Source: the human T2T-CHM13v2.0 reference genome, Homo sapiens. Taken from it: a DNA stretch of 64,000 nucleotides. Below the pieces are notes generated by a model. The model saw only the letters and a program-made list of their open reading frames with translations, made no database searches and was not told where the DNA came from. The stretch is from the NCBI GenBank assembly GCA_009914755.4, contig CP086569.2, positions 5,056,001 through 5,120,000 on the forward strand, written 5' to 3'. The position numbers and the translations under genes were made by a program. Positions 1-13,485 of this stretch are shown here, piece by piece. How positions within the stretch are numbered: position 1 is the stretch's first letter; each line of letters opens with the position of its first letter.

Positions 1-34
1 CTGGGATTACAGGCTTGAGCCACCACGCCCGGCC
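1..34 (-). mobile_element. Alu SINE, 5'-end fragment cut by the window edge
   Basis: 'ctgggattacaggcttgagccaccacgcccggcc' is the reverse complement of the Alu 5' end (GGCCGGGCGTGGTGGCTCA...CCTGTAATCCCAG). Confidence 0.85.
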
Positions 35-1254
35 TAGAATTTTTAAAAATACGAATAGATGAATTTTGTCAAACGTATTTTCTACATTTTTGAAATGTTT
101 TTTCTCTATTTTGTTAATTGGCATATTATATTTATTTTCGAATATAATTTGTTTTTGAAATTAAAATTATAATCTATCTTAATTCTACGGTTCTTTTTCA
201 GAGATAAACAAAAAACTTCACATTAGTATTTATTATTATCGTTACATATATTTTATTTCATCATGTTTGTAGATATGACTAAATATATTTTTTCATCATT
301 ATGAACAAAGTTTAGTTCATTTACATATTAAATCACAATTATTTTATTAATTCATTTAATTTCTATGTAACTATTTCTCTGTAAACCTAAGTTTAAATAT
401 GGCTGAAACTACATAATTTTAAACATTGTAGATCTAAAATTTTAGGAGGCAAATGTCAAAACAATTAAGGATAAGATACTATAGTAACTAGAGGAAGAAA
501 TAAGAAAACCATATAAGTAAGGAAAACAATATATTTGTGTAGATGTACTCTAAAACCACACCTATGTTTGGCACTTATATCTTTTGACTTCAGTATTCCA
601 ATTTTTGAATGGGCCTTCTGCCATACTAACAGATGTGTCGATTGTGTAGACCTGCCAAGGAAACAGAATATACATAAAAACAGTAAAAAAAGAAATTGTG
701 CTGGCAATTAAGAAGACTTCATTGTGCGCAAGTGCCTTGCCAAACATCAATGTATGCATATTTATATTTGAGTAGTTCCATCCAACACTGAAGTCAGAAA
801 ACAAAATCATTTTATGCCAGTAACTGAATGAAATATTACTTTGTTTTGGTTTATTTTTAGTATTAGTCAGATAGTCCAGTCAATATAATTTTATGTACTT
901 TTCAATTATAATGCAAAGTAGTAGACTCTTTCCCCAAATTAAAAAAAAATATTAAATCAAATGTATATTTTCTTGTATAGCTTCAGTTATCCTTCATGAA
1001 CACTTCTTGATTACTTGGAGCACTAAACTTGTTCATATGGTGAAAGGAAGGTCATTAAGACAATGTACTTTAGAATTGCACTTTAAACTTTTGTTTCAAG
1101 AGTCTTTGCTTATTTAAAATAAATGAATATTTTTATGTTTATGCATATATGCATTCACAAAATACTGATAGAATAATCCTGTGAAGCTCACTTCAGAATG
1201 ACAAAGTTTTCTTCATTAGCAAAAAACTAAAGTATTAAACATTTAAAATTGTAA

Positions 1255-1638
<384 letters not shown>

Positions 1639-1858
1639 TAGTTAAATTTTTTTTGAAAACAGGTTTCCCAAGGGGGTATACTTAGCACATTAAAACATGT
1701 ATCACAAAATCTGACAATCGACCTACAGGAGGATGCATCTGTATAGTTCCTTTGTCTGAAATTTTAACTTTAATTTTTATGAAACAAATCTAACTGGAAT
1801 AAAATGCCAATCCTATTACAGATTGCAATGCCATCTTATATTACATATAAATAAATAA

Positions 1859-1860
<2 letters not shown>

Positions 1861-1888
<28 letters not shown>
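1861..1888. repeat. (CA)14 dinucleotide microsatellite
   Basis: 'acacacacacacacacacacacacacac' read directly. Confidence 0.95.
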
Positions 1889-1892
<4 letters not shown>

Positions 1893-2900
1893 AAGACAAT
1901 CCTATAAAACAGAGCCGCACTGAGTTTTGTATTTAGCCTAGAAATAATAATTAATTGCTTGTCAGTGATTTATAGTGGTTTACTTTTTATCAAACTGACA
2001 AACTAAATAATGTAATAGTAAGTTTAAGCACAGTTAGGTGTTTATTGAAATGTGAAGTGGTTTCAGATATTTCTCCTGTAGGTGATTATTTTACTTAGAG
2101 AATGGAGGCATTTTTTATGTTGCCTGTATGTTTACTAATCTTTCAAAATTGTATATCATTTTTATTATCTAAAGGATTTCTCTCATTCACTACACTGGTA
2201 GGTGAAGAAGAAGCAGGCATTCATTGAGATGGTGAGCATGGCAGGAGCAACAAGAATTCTATCATCAAGGAAATTTAAAGTTTTGGTAAAGACTATATAT
2301 TTTAATGCCAATGCTAATTCTAAGGAAACAACAGATGTAGCAGCAGTTACGATAAAAACCAAGTGCTCTTGTCTGTTAAGCTGTTTTATTGCAAGTTTCT
2401 GTAATATTTTTGATGAAAACAAATAACAAAGGAGGATAAAAGCACCATTAGCAACAAGCAACAACAAAAAGATAGTTATTACTGGTAGAAGAACGCCAAA
2501 AGTTAATGCCTGTGGAAATTTTTTTAAATATGAGCCATAAATGAGCAGGCTAAATACAAATATAGCACAAAAATAGGTTGAGACAACTTTGTAAGAGCTG
2601 AACTGTAAATTGAATTCAATTTTGATGAATGAACTCTGCTGTGATGAGGTGTGTATATGTAAGTGGAAATCAGTCTACCTATCTATTGATTGGAAAGGAG
2701 GGCATTTGACCATCAGTTTTTTCAGATTTCATTCCATTATTAATCAAGTTTATTATTTAATGACATTATATAATGTAAGTGATTTAAGATACTTCAGGAT
2801 AAGATATTTAAGGCATTTCAATATGGAATCTCTTCTATGCCATTAAGAAAAAATCACTTTGGTACATGACACATGAGTTAAATTCCCAGTAGTTACTCTT

Positions 2901-3740
2901 TGTCTTAGTCTAATTTTGTCAGTTTTTCTGGGACAATCTGGTTTATGCACATTATTATTGATACGGAAGTGGGGCAGGGAAACTCTGCGTAGAGAAAAGC
3001 ATGTCCCTGGCTAGGGCTCCACCCCAAAGGACCTAGGTGAGGACAGGCACTCCTGCTTTCCCGCCCAAATGTTGCATTTTCCAAGACCACCCTGGCCCAC
3101 CATGCCTCCATCCTGGGCCTATAAAAACCCGAGACCCTAGCGGGCAGACACACAAGCGGCTGGACAGCGTGAGGAACACATCGGCGGGAGAAGACACAAG
3201 CGGCTGGTCATCCAGAGCAGATGGCAAAATAGCTCGCCCGGCAGGCCATTGACTAGTGGAACAACACAGAGTCTGGCCAGAGCCGTCGGAGAAAAGTCCG
3301 GTCACCGAGCGGCCCGATTCCGGGGGAAAACTATCTCCCTTCTGGCTCCCCCATCTGCCCAGACCTACTCCTACTCAATAAAATCTTGCACTCATTCTCC
3401 AAGCCCACGTGTGATCCGATTCTTCCCGTACACCAAGGCAGGAAACCCCGGGATACAGAAATCCCTCTGTCCTTATGATAAGGAAGGGGGTCTGAGTTGG
3501 TTAACACAAGCCACCTATAGACAGCAAAACAAAGAGCACCCTGTAACACATCCCACCGGGGCTTCAGCTGTAAATATGCACCGCTAAACACTGCCGTGGT
3601 GTCAGAGCCCCACAGCCTGCCCGTCTGTATGCTCTCCTTTGAGCATACAGTGGGGCACTGAAGAAGAGAGCCACACCCCCATCGCATGCCCTGCGAGAGG
3701 GACAGGGGAACCTTGCCTGTTTAATTATGATATGATATAT
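2901..3740 (+). mobile_element. Solo LTR of an endogenous retrovirus, probably class I/ERV1-like; family not identified and boundaries approximate
   Basis: It starts with TG at about 2901/2917. There is a TATA box 'cctataaaaacccgagaccc' at about 3120 and a poly(A) signal 'ctcaataaaatcttgcactc' at about 3373, which gives the U3-R-U5 order. A 'ctgtaaca' end motif sits near 3557. It is GC-rich compared with its flanks. The ORFs at 3033-3752 are inside it. Confidence 0.55.
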
Positions 3741-3947
3741 TAATACTGACATTCACTCTCAAGACCGTACTGGTTGGATTATCAATCCTATAGTCTCTTT
3801 ATCTATTATTTTCTCATTAAAAAATGCTGCTGGAGATGACCCAAAGATTTACCATGTGGAGAAAGCTTAACTCTAGTTTTAAATTGAGGTTAAATTATTC
3901 CATTCCTATTCCAAATTAACATTTTACTATCAAACCTGGTGCTTTAA

Positions 3948-4455
<508 letters not shown>

Positions 4456-6414
4456 AGTTACTTCAGTAGCTTCTTAACTGCTCTCTCTGCTTCCCCTCCT
4501 GTCCCCTCCATGTCAAGTCTCAACAAAGCAGCCAGAGAGACTCAGATATAACTGAGATCATGGTATTTCTCCGTTCAGAACACACTATGGTTTGTCAATT
4601 TACACAGTAAAGAGCAAAGACTTCAAGATCGTTGAGGGCCTCCCCTGTGACATTTTTTATGACAAAATAATAAATAAAGAGACCATAGGATTGATTATCC
4701 AACAAGTACACTCTTAAGAGGGCACAACCTGCACCCCCTCCAGTTACCTCTCAGACTTCATCTCCTATCCGCCCCGCCATTCCTTGTTCACATAGTCCCC
4801 TTGTTGTCTCTTGAAGCTGCTGGGTGTGCTCTTTCCTTAGGATCTTTGCACTGACTGATTCTATTGCATAAATATCACATGATATTTATACGATGCAAGT
4901 TCTTACCCCTTCAAATCTTTGCTTAAATGTCACCTTTTCAGTGAGGTCTTCCCTGACCATCCTGTTAAAAATTGCAACTATCCTCCCACACACATCAAAC
5001 GCACTCCATATAATCTTTCCCTGATCTTTTTCAGAGCACTAGTACCATCTAACATACCATAGTATTTAATAATTTCTAACGTATGCATTTCATCCTTTCT
5101 CCCTAACTAAAATCACTGTGAATGCAGACATTTCTGTATTGCCAGCACCTAGTAGAATGTATGGCCTAGAATAGGCACTCAATAAATGAATGAAGGAATG
5201 TAACTTATACCCCGTTCTTAACAATTCTAGCATATTAGAGTTGTTAATCCATTCCAGTAGGAATTTCCATTCCTTGCATAGTTTAATTTGATATACTACC
5301 ATTTATATACTCATTATGTGTTTGTATGTATGTGGAATTGGATGGTTAAAATCACATACAAAGAATCACTTCACACGTGTGAAGTAAACATGCTAACATG
5401 CTTTCTGCATAAGAAGTCAAAAGACAGCAGTGGTACTTATATTTAATTTCAACTTGGATAGGCTTAAAATGACCTTCATAAGAGAGATTTGAATACACTT
5501 TAACTAAGGCAGGAGGTTTATGTAGCAAATCCATTACCACTTCCAAAAATCTGTCACTGGAATACAAAATCCAATGGTTGCGGTCTGTTCTATGCCAAAA
5601 CATAGGTTTAATTATTCAGAAGACCGTTAGAGCACATTTTCTAAACCTAAAACTCGGCAAAGAAATTCTACCTAATGTCCCTTAGCTTTGGGAGCTATAC
5701 ACTAAGGCACCTTCCTGGTGTGCAGGATTGTGGCTTTTATGAACGTCTGAATTAAAACAGTTACCTATTAGAGAGCTAAAGTCCCCTGTTCTGCCTCACC
5801 TTAAATTTATCAAATTGTTTATCTTCTACTATTCCTCTGGTGATCATGGTAAATAATGATTTAATTGCACTGTTAACAACCTACAAATAGTGTATAATTT
5901 TTTTATTCCTACTGAGTATTAATGTAATTTGCCTTTCATTATTAGGAAAGGGTTAAAGTGAAGGATATAGATCCATTTAATGGCAAAAGGATAGAAGGAT
6001 TAGTCAATAAACCAAATAAAAATGACAGAGTGTAAAAGAAAGTTGTTTCAATACATGGTGAGTCACTATAAGAAAATGATTTTAAAGCACGTCAGGGATA
6101 TATTTAAAATGAGGTGGTTCTGGCAATACGTTAGTTTTTGTTAAAATGACATTTACATTAAAATGAATAAATAATTGTTATAGACTCAAATACACTTCAT
6201 TTGCTCTCGGTCACATTATCAGTATCCACTTAGAAGCTCAGTTTGAATTTAAACACATTTTATTCTTACAAGGTTTGTGCTTTCATCATCAAGATTTTCT
6301 TTTAGAATTTTTTGTGTTAATTTTTATAATATCAATAAACAAATAATATCAATTATAGTATTTAATCATGTTCTTATGACATGGAAAAAATCAATTATAT
6401 GTTGAAAATCAGTT

Positions 6415-6480
6415 TATGAAAGTCTTTCTGCTCTGGACTATAAAATATATGAAAGTCTTTCTGCTCTGGACTATAAAATA
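6415..6480. repeat. Tandem duplication of a 33-bp unit, 2 copies
   Basis: 'atgaaagtctttctgctctggactataaaatat' occurs twice back-to-back, immediately before the Alu at 6488. Confidence 0.9.
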
Positions 6481-6487
6481 TCAAGAA

Positions 6488-6792
6488 GGCCGGTCGCGGT
6501 AGCTCATGCCTGTAATCCCAGCACTTTGGGGGGCTGAGGTGGGTGGATCACCTGAGTTCAGGAGTTCGAGACCAGCCTGACTAACATGGTGAAACCCTGT
6601 CTCTACCGAAATTACAAAAAAATCACCTGGGCGTGGTGGCAGGCGCCTGTAATCCCAGCTGCTGGGGAGGCTGAGGCAGGAGAATTGCCTGAACTGGGGA
6701 GGCAGAGGTTGCCGTAAGCTGAGATTGTGCCACTGCACTCCAGCCTGGGCAACAAGAGCAAGACTCTTTCTAGAAACAAAACAAAACAAAAA
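6488..6792 (+). mobile_element. Alu SINE, AluS-type, sense
   Basis: 'ggccggtcgcggtagctcatgcctgtaatcccagcactttgggg...cactgcactccagcctgggcaacaagagcaagactc' with an A-rich tail 'aaacaaaacaaaacaaaaa'. The TSD is 'aaatatcaagaa' on one side and 'aaaaatcaagaa' on the other. Confidence 0.95.
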
Positions 6793-6868
6793 TCAAGAAT
6801 ACTTTTAATAGTTAATAATTTTAAAATGCTAAATACTTGCACTTCATAAGAAATGTATTTATTAGATA

Positions 6869-7086
6869 GAGCCTGGCCAACATGGAGAAACTCCATCTCT
6901 ACTAAAAATACAAAAATTAGCTGGGCGTGGTGGTGCGTGCCTGTAATCACAGCCACTCAGGAGGCTGAGGCACAAGAATTGCTTGAACCTGGGAGGCAGA
7001 GGTTACAGTAAGTTTAGATCATGCCACTGCACTCCAGCCTGGGTGACAGAGCAAGAGACTGTCTCAAAAAAAAGAAAAAAAGAAAA
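6869..7086 (+). mobile_element. Alu SINE, 5'-truncated by about 90 bp, sense
   Basis: It starts mid-Alu at 'gagcctggccaacatggagaaactccatctctactaaaaatacaaaaattagctgggcgtggtgg' and ends 'gagactgtctcaaaaaaaagaaaaaaagaaaagg'. Confidence 0.9.
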
Positions 7087-7200
7087 GGAAATTTATTTAA
7101 TAGATAGTTGACTCCTTACTTTGTCTTTGTATTTATTAACTTTGATTTTAAGATTGCCGAATGGTAATGTTTTCTAGTCTTTTTTCAGAATATATATATA

Positions 7201-7484
7201 TTTTTGAAACAGAGTCTAGCTCTGTCGCCAGGCTGGAGTTCAGTGGTGGGATCTCGGCTCACTGAAACCTCCGCCTCCTAGGTTTAAGCGATTCTCCTGC
7301 CTCAGCCTCCCGAGTAGCTGAGGTTACAGGCACGCACTGCCATTTCCAGCTAATTTTTGTATTTTTAGTAGAGACAGGGTTTCACCTTGTTGGCCAGGAT
7401 GGTCTGGATCTCCTGACCTCGTGATCTGCTCACCTCGGCCTCCCAAAGTGCTGGGATTACAGGCGTGAGCCACTGGGCCCAGCC
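7201..7484 (-). mobile_element. Alu SINE, antisense
   Basis: 'tttttgaaacagagtctagctctgtcgccaggctggagttcagtggtgggatctcggctcactgaaacctccgcctcc...cctcccaaagtgctgggattacaggcgtgagccactgggcccagcc'. Confidence 0.95.
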
Positions 7485-9039
7485 TAGAATAGATAATTTT
7501 TATATTTAGCAAACTACACTTGCTTTATTTGTCTGCATTGTTCTGCACTGACTCTAAGATTTTAAGCACAAAAATAAGTACATATTACAAAAATATCTTA
7601 ATATCTCATGGATTTTGTAGCTACTGTCAAATTGGCATGCTAATAATTCTTGCTCTTCTAATATAAATATTAAAAAGTAAAGAAACTTTAGCAGGAATAT
7701 AAGGTAAATATTATAGAAGAACATATGAAATAATAATGAGAAATAAAGTTTGGAAGTCCTAGTTAATGGAATCATATGTAGGTAGAATCTCTCAGTCTGC
7801 TGTATTTTCAGATGTGGATGTAGGAGGTTTGCTGTGTTCTCTCTCATGTGACCCACTGCAAAAATTCAACATGTATTGAATATAAAAAAATATTCTACAT
7901 AGTGGAGAAGAATTCACATCTATGAATTCTTTGTATAGTGTAAACTCATTATATTATCATTTTAAAAATATATTATCATTTTTTAAAGATTCCATAGTCT
8001 GAGTAACGGCCAGTATAGTTTAGTATTACAAAACTCCTGAGAAAGGGTTATGATACTCAGGAGAATAAAAAACACAAGTGTCTGTATGTTTTAGAGTATA
8101 AAGGGAAATTTTCTAGAACAAATAAAAAGGTAATTGGTGGTAAACTTAACCTCATTGGGATTAAAAAAAAAAAGGCAATTTAAGAGTGTCAAAAACCAAA
8201 TTACAATGAATTTAGTTTAAAGACATAATTGACTTTTATTAGTGATTCTAGAATCAGGCAACATCTCATTCTATAAAACAGAATGAGTGCTGAACAGTTG
8301 TTTTTTTAAAGTGCAAACAAGGAAACAGATTAAAATGTGGAGTGACATCAGGTTACCTCATTTTTTTTTTTTTTTTGTAAGGGTTAAAGCTGAGAGGACT
8401 TCCTTGTTTTGCTGGCTCAGGTTTACTGGGCCCTCTTCAATTGTTTGTTATGAATCTCCTGTTTTCAAAAAAAAAAGGTTTGGGGATTTACCTGCTTCCT
8501 TAATGTTTCAGTTTGATTATAAGGCACTTATCATGAGTGACTCCATTTTGGTTTGCTCTACTGGGGCCTTAGTGCAGGAGCTCAGCCCAAAACAATGGCC
8601 GTTCATACATTTTATTTAACAGGGAATGGTTTTATTTATTTATTTTTTTGTTTGTTTGTTTATTTTGGTCTGTCTGTAGCTGGCTGGCTCTACTGGCCAG
8701 CTTTTTTTTTTTTTTTTTTTTTTTAATTTCCATAGGTTATTAGAAATAACCAGGTGGTATTTAGTTACATGAGTAAGTTCTTTTGTGGGGATTTGTTAGA
8801 TTTTTGTGCACGAATCTCCCAAGCAGCATACATTGAACCCAATTTGTAGCCTTTTATTTCTCCCTCCCTTCCCACCCTTTCCCCCTGAGTCCCAAAGTCC
8901 GCTGCATTATTCTTATGCCTCTGCATTCTCACAGCTTAGCTCCCGCTTATGAGTGAGAACATAGGATATTTGATTTTCCATTCCTGAGTTACTTCACTTA
9001 GAATCATAGTCTCCGATCCTATCCAGGTTGCTGCAAATG

Positions 9040-10300
9040 CCATTAATTCATTCCTTTTTATGGCTGAGTAGTATCCCATCAAATATATACCACAGATTCT
9101 TTATCCACTCGTTGAGTGATGGGCATTTGGGCTGGTTCCATATTTTTGCAATTGTAAATTTTGCTGCTATAAACATGCATGTGCAGGTATTTTCACCAGC
9201 AGTATAGAAGTGTTCCCTTTTCACTGCATCCATGACAACATGTATTATTTTTTGATTTTTTAATTATGGCCATTCTTGTGGGAGTAAGGTCGTATCGCAT
9301 TGTGGTTTTTATTTGGAATCCCTGATCATTAGTGCTGTTGATCAGTTTCTTATATGTTTCTTGGCCACTTGTATATCTTCTGTTGAGACATGTCTATTCA
9401 TGTCCTTAGCCCACTTTTTGCTGGGATTTCTTTTTTTATTTCTTGTTAATTTGAGTTCCTTGTAGATTCTGGATATTAGTCCTTTGTTGTATGTATAGAT
9501 TGTGAAGATTTTCTCCCACTCTGTAAGATTTGTTCTTTAAAGAGGTTATGTTTTAATGTGTTTCCAGGATGTGTTTCAAACTTGATAGCTCCTTTTAGCA
9601 GTTCCTGTAGTGCTGGCTTGGTAGTGGCAAATTCTCTCAGCATTTGTTTCTCTGAAAAAGACTGTATCTTTTCTTCATTTATAAAGCTTAGTTTTGCTGG
9701 ATACAATACTTTTGGCTGATAATTATTTTGTTTAAAGAAGTTAAAGATAGGGCCCCAGTCCCTTCTAGCTTGGAGGGTTTCTGCTGATAAATCGGCTGTT
9801 AATCTGATATGTTTTCTTTTTTAGGTTACCTGGTGTTTTTTCCTCACAGCTCTTAAGATTCTTTCCTTCATCTTGACTTTTGATAACATGATGACAATGT
9901 GCCTAGACATGATCTTTTTGCAATGAATTTCCCAGGTGTTCTTTGAGCTTTTTGTATTTGAATGTCTAGGTCTCTAGCAAGGCCGGGGAAGTTTTCCTCA
10001 ATTAGTCCCCCAAATATGTTTTCCAGACTTTTAGATTTCTCTTCTTCCTCAGGAATGCCAATTATCTTAGGTTTGGTCATTTATCATAATCCTAAACTTC
10101 TTGGAGGCTTTGTTCATTTTTTAAAATTCTTTTCTCTTTGTCTTTGTTGGATTGAGTTAATTAGAAAACCTTGTCTTTGAGCTCTGAAGTTCTTTCTTCT
10201 GCTTGTCTGATTCTATTGCTGAGACTTTCCAGTACATTTTGCATTTCTCTGAATGTGCCCTTTATTTCCTAAAGTTGTCATTGTTTTTTATTTATGCTAT
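9040..10300 (-). pseudogene. Remnant L1 coding sequence: ORF2 C-terminal part fused by deletion at about 9530 to ORF1. It is disrupted and non-functional
   Basis: The same minus-strand reading frame runs from the ORF1 C-terminal peptide directly into out-of-frame ORF2 C-terminal sequence (about aa 1040 onward). The endonuclease, RT and most of ORF2 are missing. Confidence 0.75.
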
Positions 10301-10522
10301 CTATTTCACTGAAGGTTTGTCCCCTGATATCTTGTATCATTTATTTGACTTCATTAAGTTGGACTTCACCTTTCTCTGGTGCCTCCTTGATTAGCTTAGT
10401 AATCAACTTTCTGAATTCTTTTTCAGGTATATCAGAGATTTATTCTTGGTTTGTATTTATTGCTGGTGAGCAAGTGTGATTTTTGGGGGAGTGTTAAAAA
10501 ACCTTGTTTTGTCATATTATGA

Positions 10523-10897
<375 letters not shown>

Positions 10898-13110
10898 ATT
10901 GCTGTTTAGATTCTTTTGTCCCATGGGGTGTTCCCTTGATGTAGTACTCTTCCCTTTTTCCTAAGGATGTGGCTTCCTGAGAGTGGAACTCTAATAATTG
11001 TTATTTATCTTCTGGATCTAGCCATGCAGAAGGGCTAACAGGCTTTGGGTTGGTACTGGGGATTGTCTGCACAAAGTCCTGTGATGTGAAGTGTCTTCGG
11101 TATCCTCAGCTGTGGATACCATCACCTGCTCTGGTGGAGGTGGCAGGGGAATGAAATGGACTCTGTGAGGGTCCTTAGTTTTGATTGTTTAATGCACTAT
11201 TTTTGTGCTGGTTGGCCACCTGCCAGGAGGTGGTGCTTTCAAGAGAGCATCAGCTGTGGTAGTATAGGGAGGAACAGGTGGTGCGCAGGGCCCTAGAACT
11301 CCCAAGAGGATATCCCCTTTGTCTTCAGCTACCAAGGTGGGTAGGGAAGGACCATCAGGTGGGGGCAGGGTTAGGTGTGTCTGAGCTCAGATTCTCTTTG
11401 GGCAGGGCATGCTGTGGCTGCTGTGGTGGATGGGGGTGTGGTTTCCAGGTCAATGGAGTTATGTTCCCAGGAGGATTATGGCAGTCTCTGCTGTGTCATG
11501 CAGTTTGTCAGGGAAGTAGGGGAAAGCCGGCAGTTACAGACCTCACCTAGCTCTCATGCAACCCAAAAGGCCTGTCTCACTCCCACCGTGCCCCCCACCA
11601 AAACAGTGCTGAGTTTGTTTCCAGGCAGTGGGGAAGCAGGGCTGAGAGCTTGCCCCAGGCTACCAGCCTCCCCACAGAGAAAGCAAGCAGGGCTTTTGCA
11701 CCTCCCCACCTGTCGATTCTGCATACCAGATTCACACCCTACCCTGAGTTCTGGCCAGGAGACTTCGCATTTGGTTGGAATTGTTACAAAGTTCAGCTGG
11801 AGGTTTCCTTCTCCCTGTGGTCTTTTCCCAGTTCCTCTGGCAGCCCTCCCCAAGGACCCCTGTGAGACAAGTCAGAAATAGCTACCCTGGGGACCCAGAG
11901 AGCCCACAGGGCTTTTTCCGCTGCTTCCTCTACCCCTGTATTTCACTTGGCTATCTAAATTGACTCAGTTCTAGATGAGGTCAAATGCCTCTCCCGTGAT
12001 TTAGACCCTCAGGTTCCCCAGTGAGGGCGTGTGTTTGGGGGCAGACAATCCCCCTTTCCCACTGTCACAGCTTGGGTACTCACAGTATTTGGGCTGTCTC
12101 CCGGCTCCTGCAGGAGCAATCCACTTCCTTCAGAGGGTCTGTGGATTCTCTTGGCTTTCTTGGTATATTTCTGTAGGAGTTCTGGAGCAAAGGTTCACGA
12201 TGCAGGTCTCCACACACTGCTCTGTCTGTTTGAGCTGGAACTGCAAGCTAGTCCTGCCTCCTATCCACCATCTTCTCTCTCTGCACCAGGGACTGGTTTT
12301 CATATTTTACAACTTCAAAATAATACAAAGTTTTAGTCATTTTACAGTTAAAAAAATGAAATAATCTAAAGAGACTGTACTTTGCAAACATAAATGACTC
12401 ATCTTGATGCATAGATTAAATTTTAATTACTGTATTATGTTGCCATCAAGAATTATTGTTTTTCAAATTTAACTGACATTTATAGGGAAAATACTTTTTA
12501 ATTAGAATTATCATCTGGTTTCCAAGTAAGCTGCAGTGATATCTCCATCTTGCTCAAAGTTGGAAGTAACATTTATGACACGGGCTTCTTCTTACTGAAA
12601 TATACCAATAATGAGCTGATTCTCTTTTGTTATTTTTTGTTGCTATTTATTTTGTTTTACTAAACAGAATGACTTTATTGTTGAGTGAGATGTTGGACAA
12701 GTACAGGTTTGCTGATATAAAGAGGGTGAAGTAGAAAATTGTTAAGGAGGAATATGCCACCGTCTAAAAAACAATCAATGTTGTGAAAGCCCTAAGATAA
12801 GTATTTCTTCTTGGATTGTCTTCTAATGAGAAGTAATTCTATTTTGTTGTATATTGTTTCACTAGAAATCATCTGAGGTCTGGCAGGAATAACATGTATT
12901 CATGAATGTTCTTGAAGGCAAGGTTTGAAGTAAAGTGTGCACATACATAGACAAGCAGTGAAAACGTGAATAAAATTCAGAACAAAGGCTATTGCTTAAA
13001 ATAAATACTAACACATGTAACTGCAAAGAATCCTGGAGTTAAAGAGTGTCATTTTTTAAATGTCATTTTTTTTTTGTAATTCTGATGCAAGAATTCTATA
13101 TATATTATCA

Positions 13111-13485
13111 TGATATGGTTTGGCTGTGTCCATACCCAAATCTCATCTTGAATTGTAAGTCTTAGAATTCCCACATGTCATGGGAGGAACACGGCGGGAG
13201 GTGACTGACTTATGGGGGCAGGTCTTTCCTGCACTGTTCTTGTGATAGTGAATGAGTCTCAAGAGACCTGATGGTTTTAAAATGGGAGTTTCCCTGCACA
13301 AGCTCTGTTTTTGCCTGCCGCCATCCATGTAAGATATGACTTGCTCCTCCTTACTTTTTACCTTCTGCCATGATTATGAGGCCTCCCCAGCCATGTGGAA
13401 CTGTAAGTGCAGTACACCTCTTTCTTTTGTAAATTGCCCAGTCTCAGCTATGTCTTTATCAGCAGTGTGAAAACAGACTAATACA
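13111..13485 (+). mobile_element. MaLR solo LTR, THE1/MST family
   Basis: It starts 'tgatatggtttggctgtgtccatacccaaatctcatcttgaattgtaag...tcccacatgtcatgggaggaac...gaggcctccccagccatgtggaactgtaagtgc...ttgcccagtctcagctatgtctttatcagcagtgtgaaaacagactaataca'. This matches the remembered THE1/MST consensus from TG to CA. The ORF at 13143-13328 is inside it. Confidence 0.85.

Noticed and set aside
2183-2467. Overlapping 94-aa (minus) and 74-aa (plus) ORFs in unique sequence. The minus peptide looks vaguely hydrophobic or membrane-like
   Set aside because: It has no recognisable domain or family and no flanking same-frame ORFs or splice-site context that I can support. It sits in AT-rich DNA where 60-100-aa random ORFs are expected. 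I regard it as a chance ORF.
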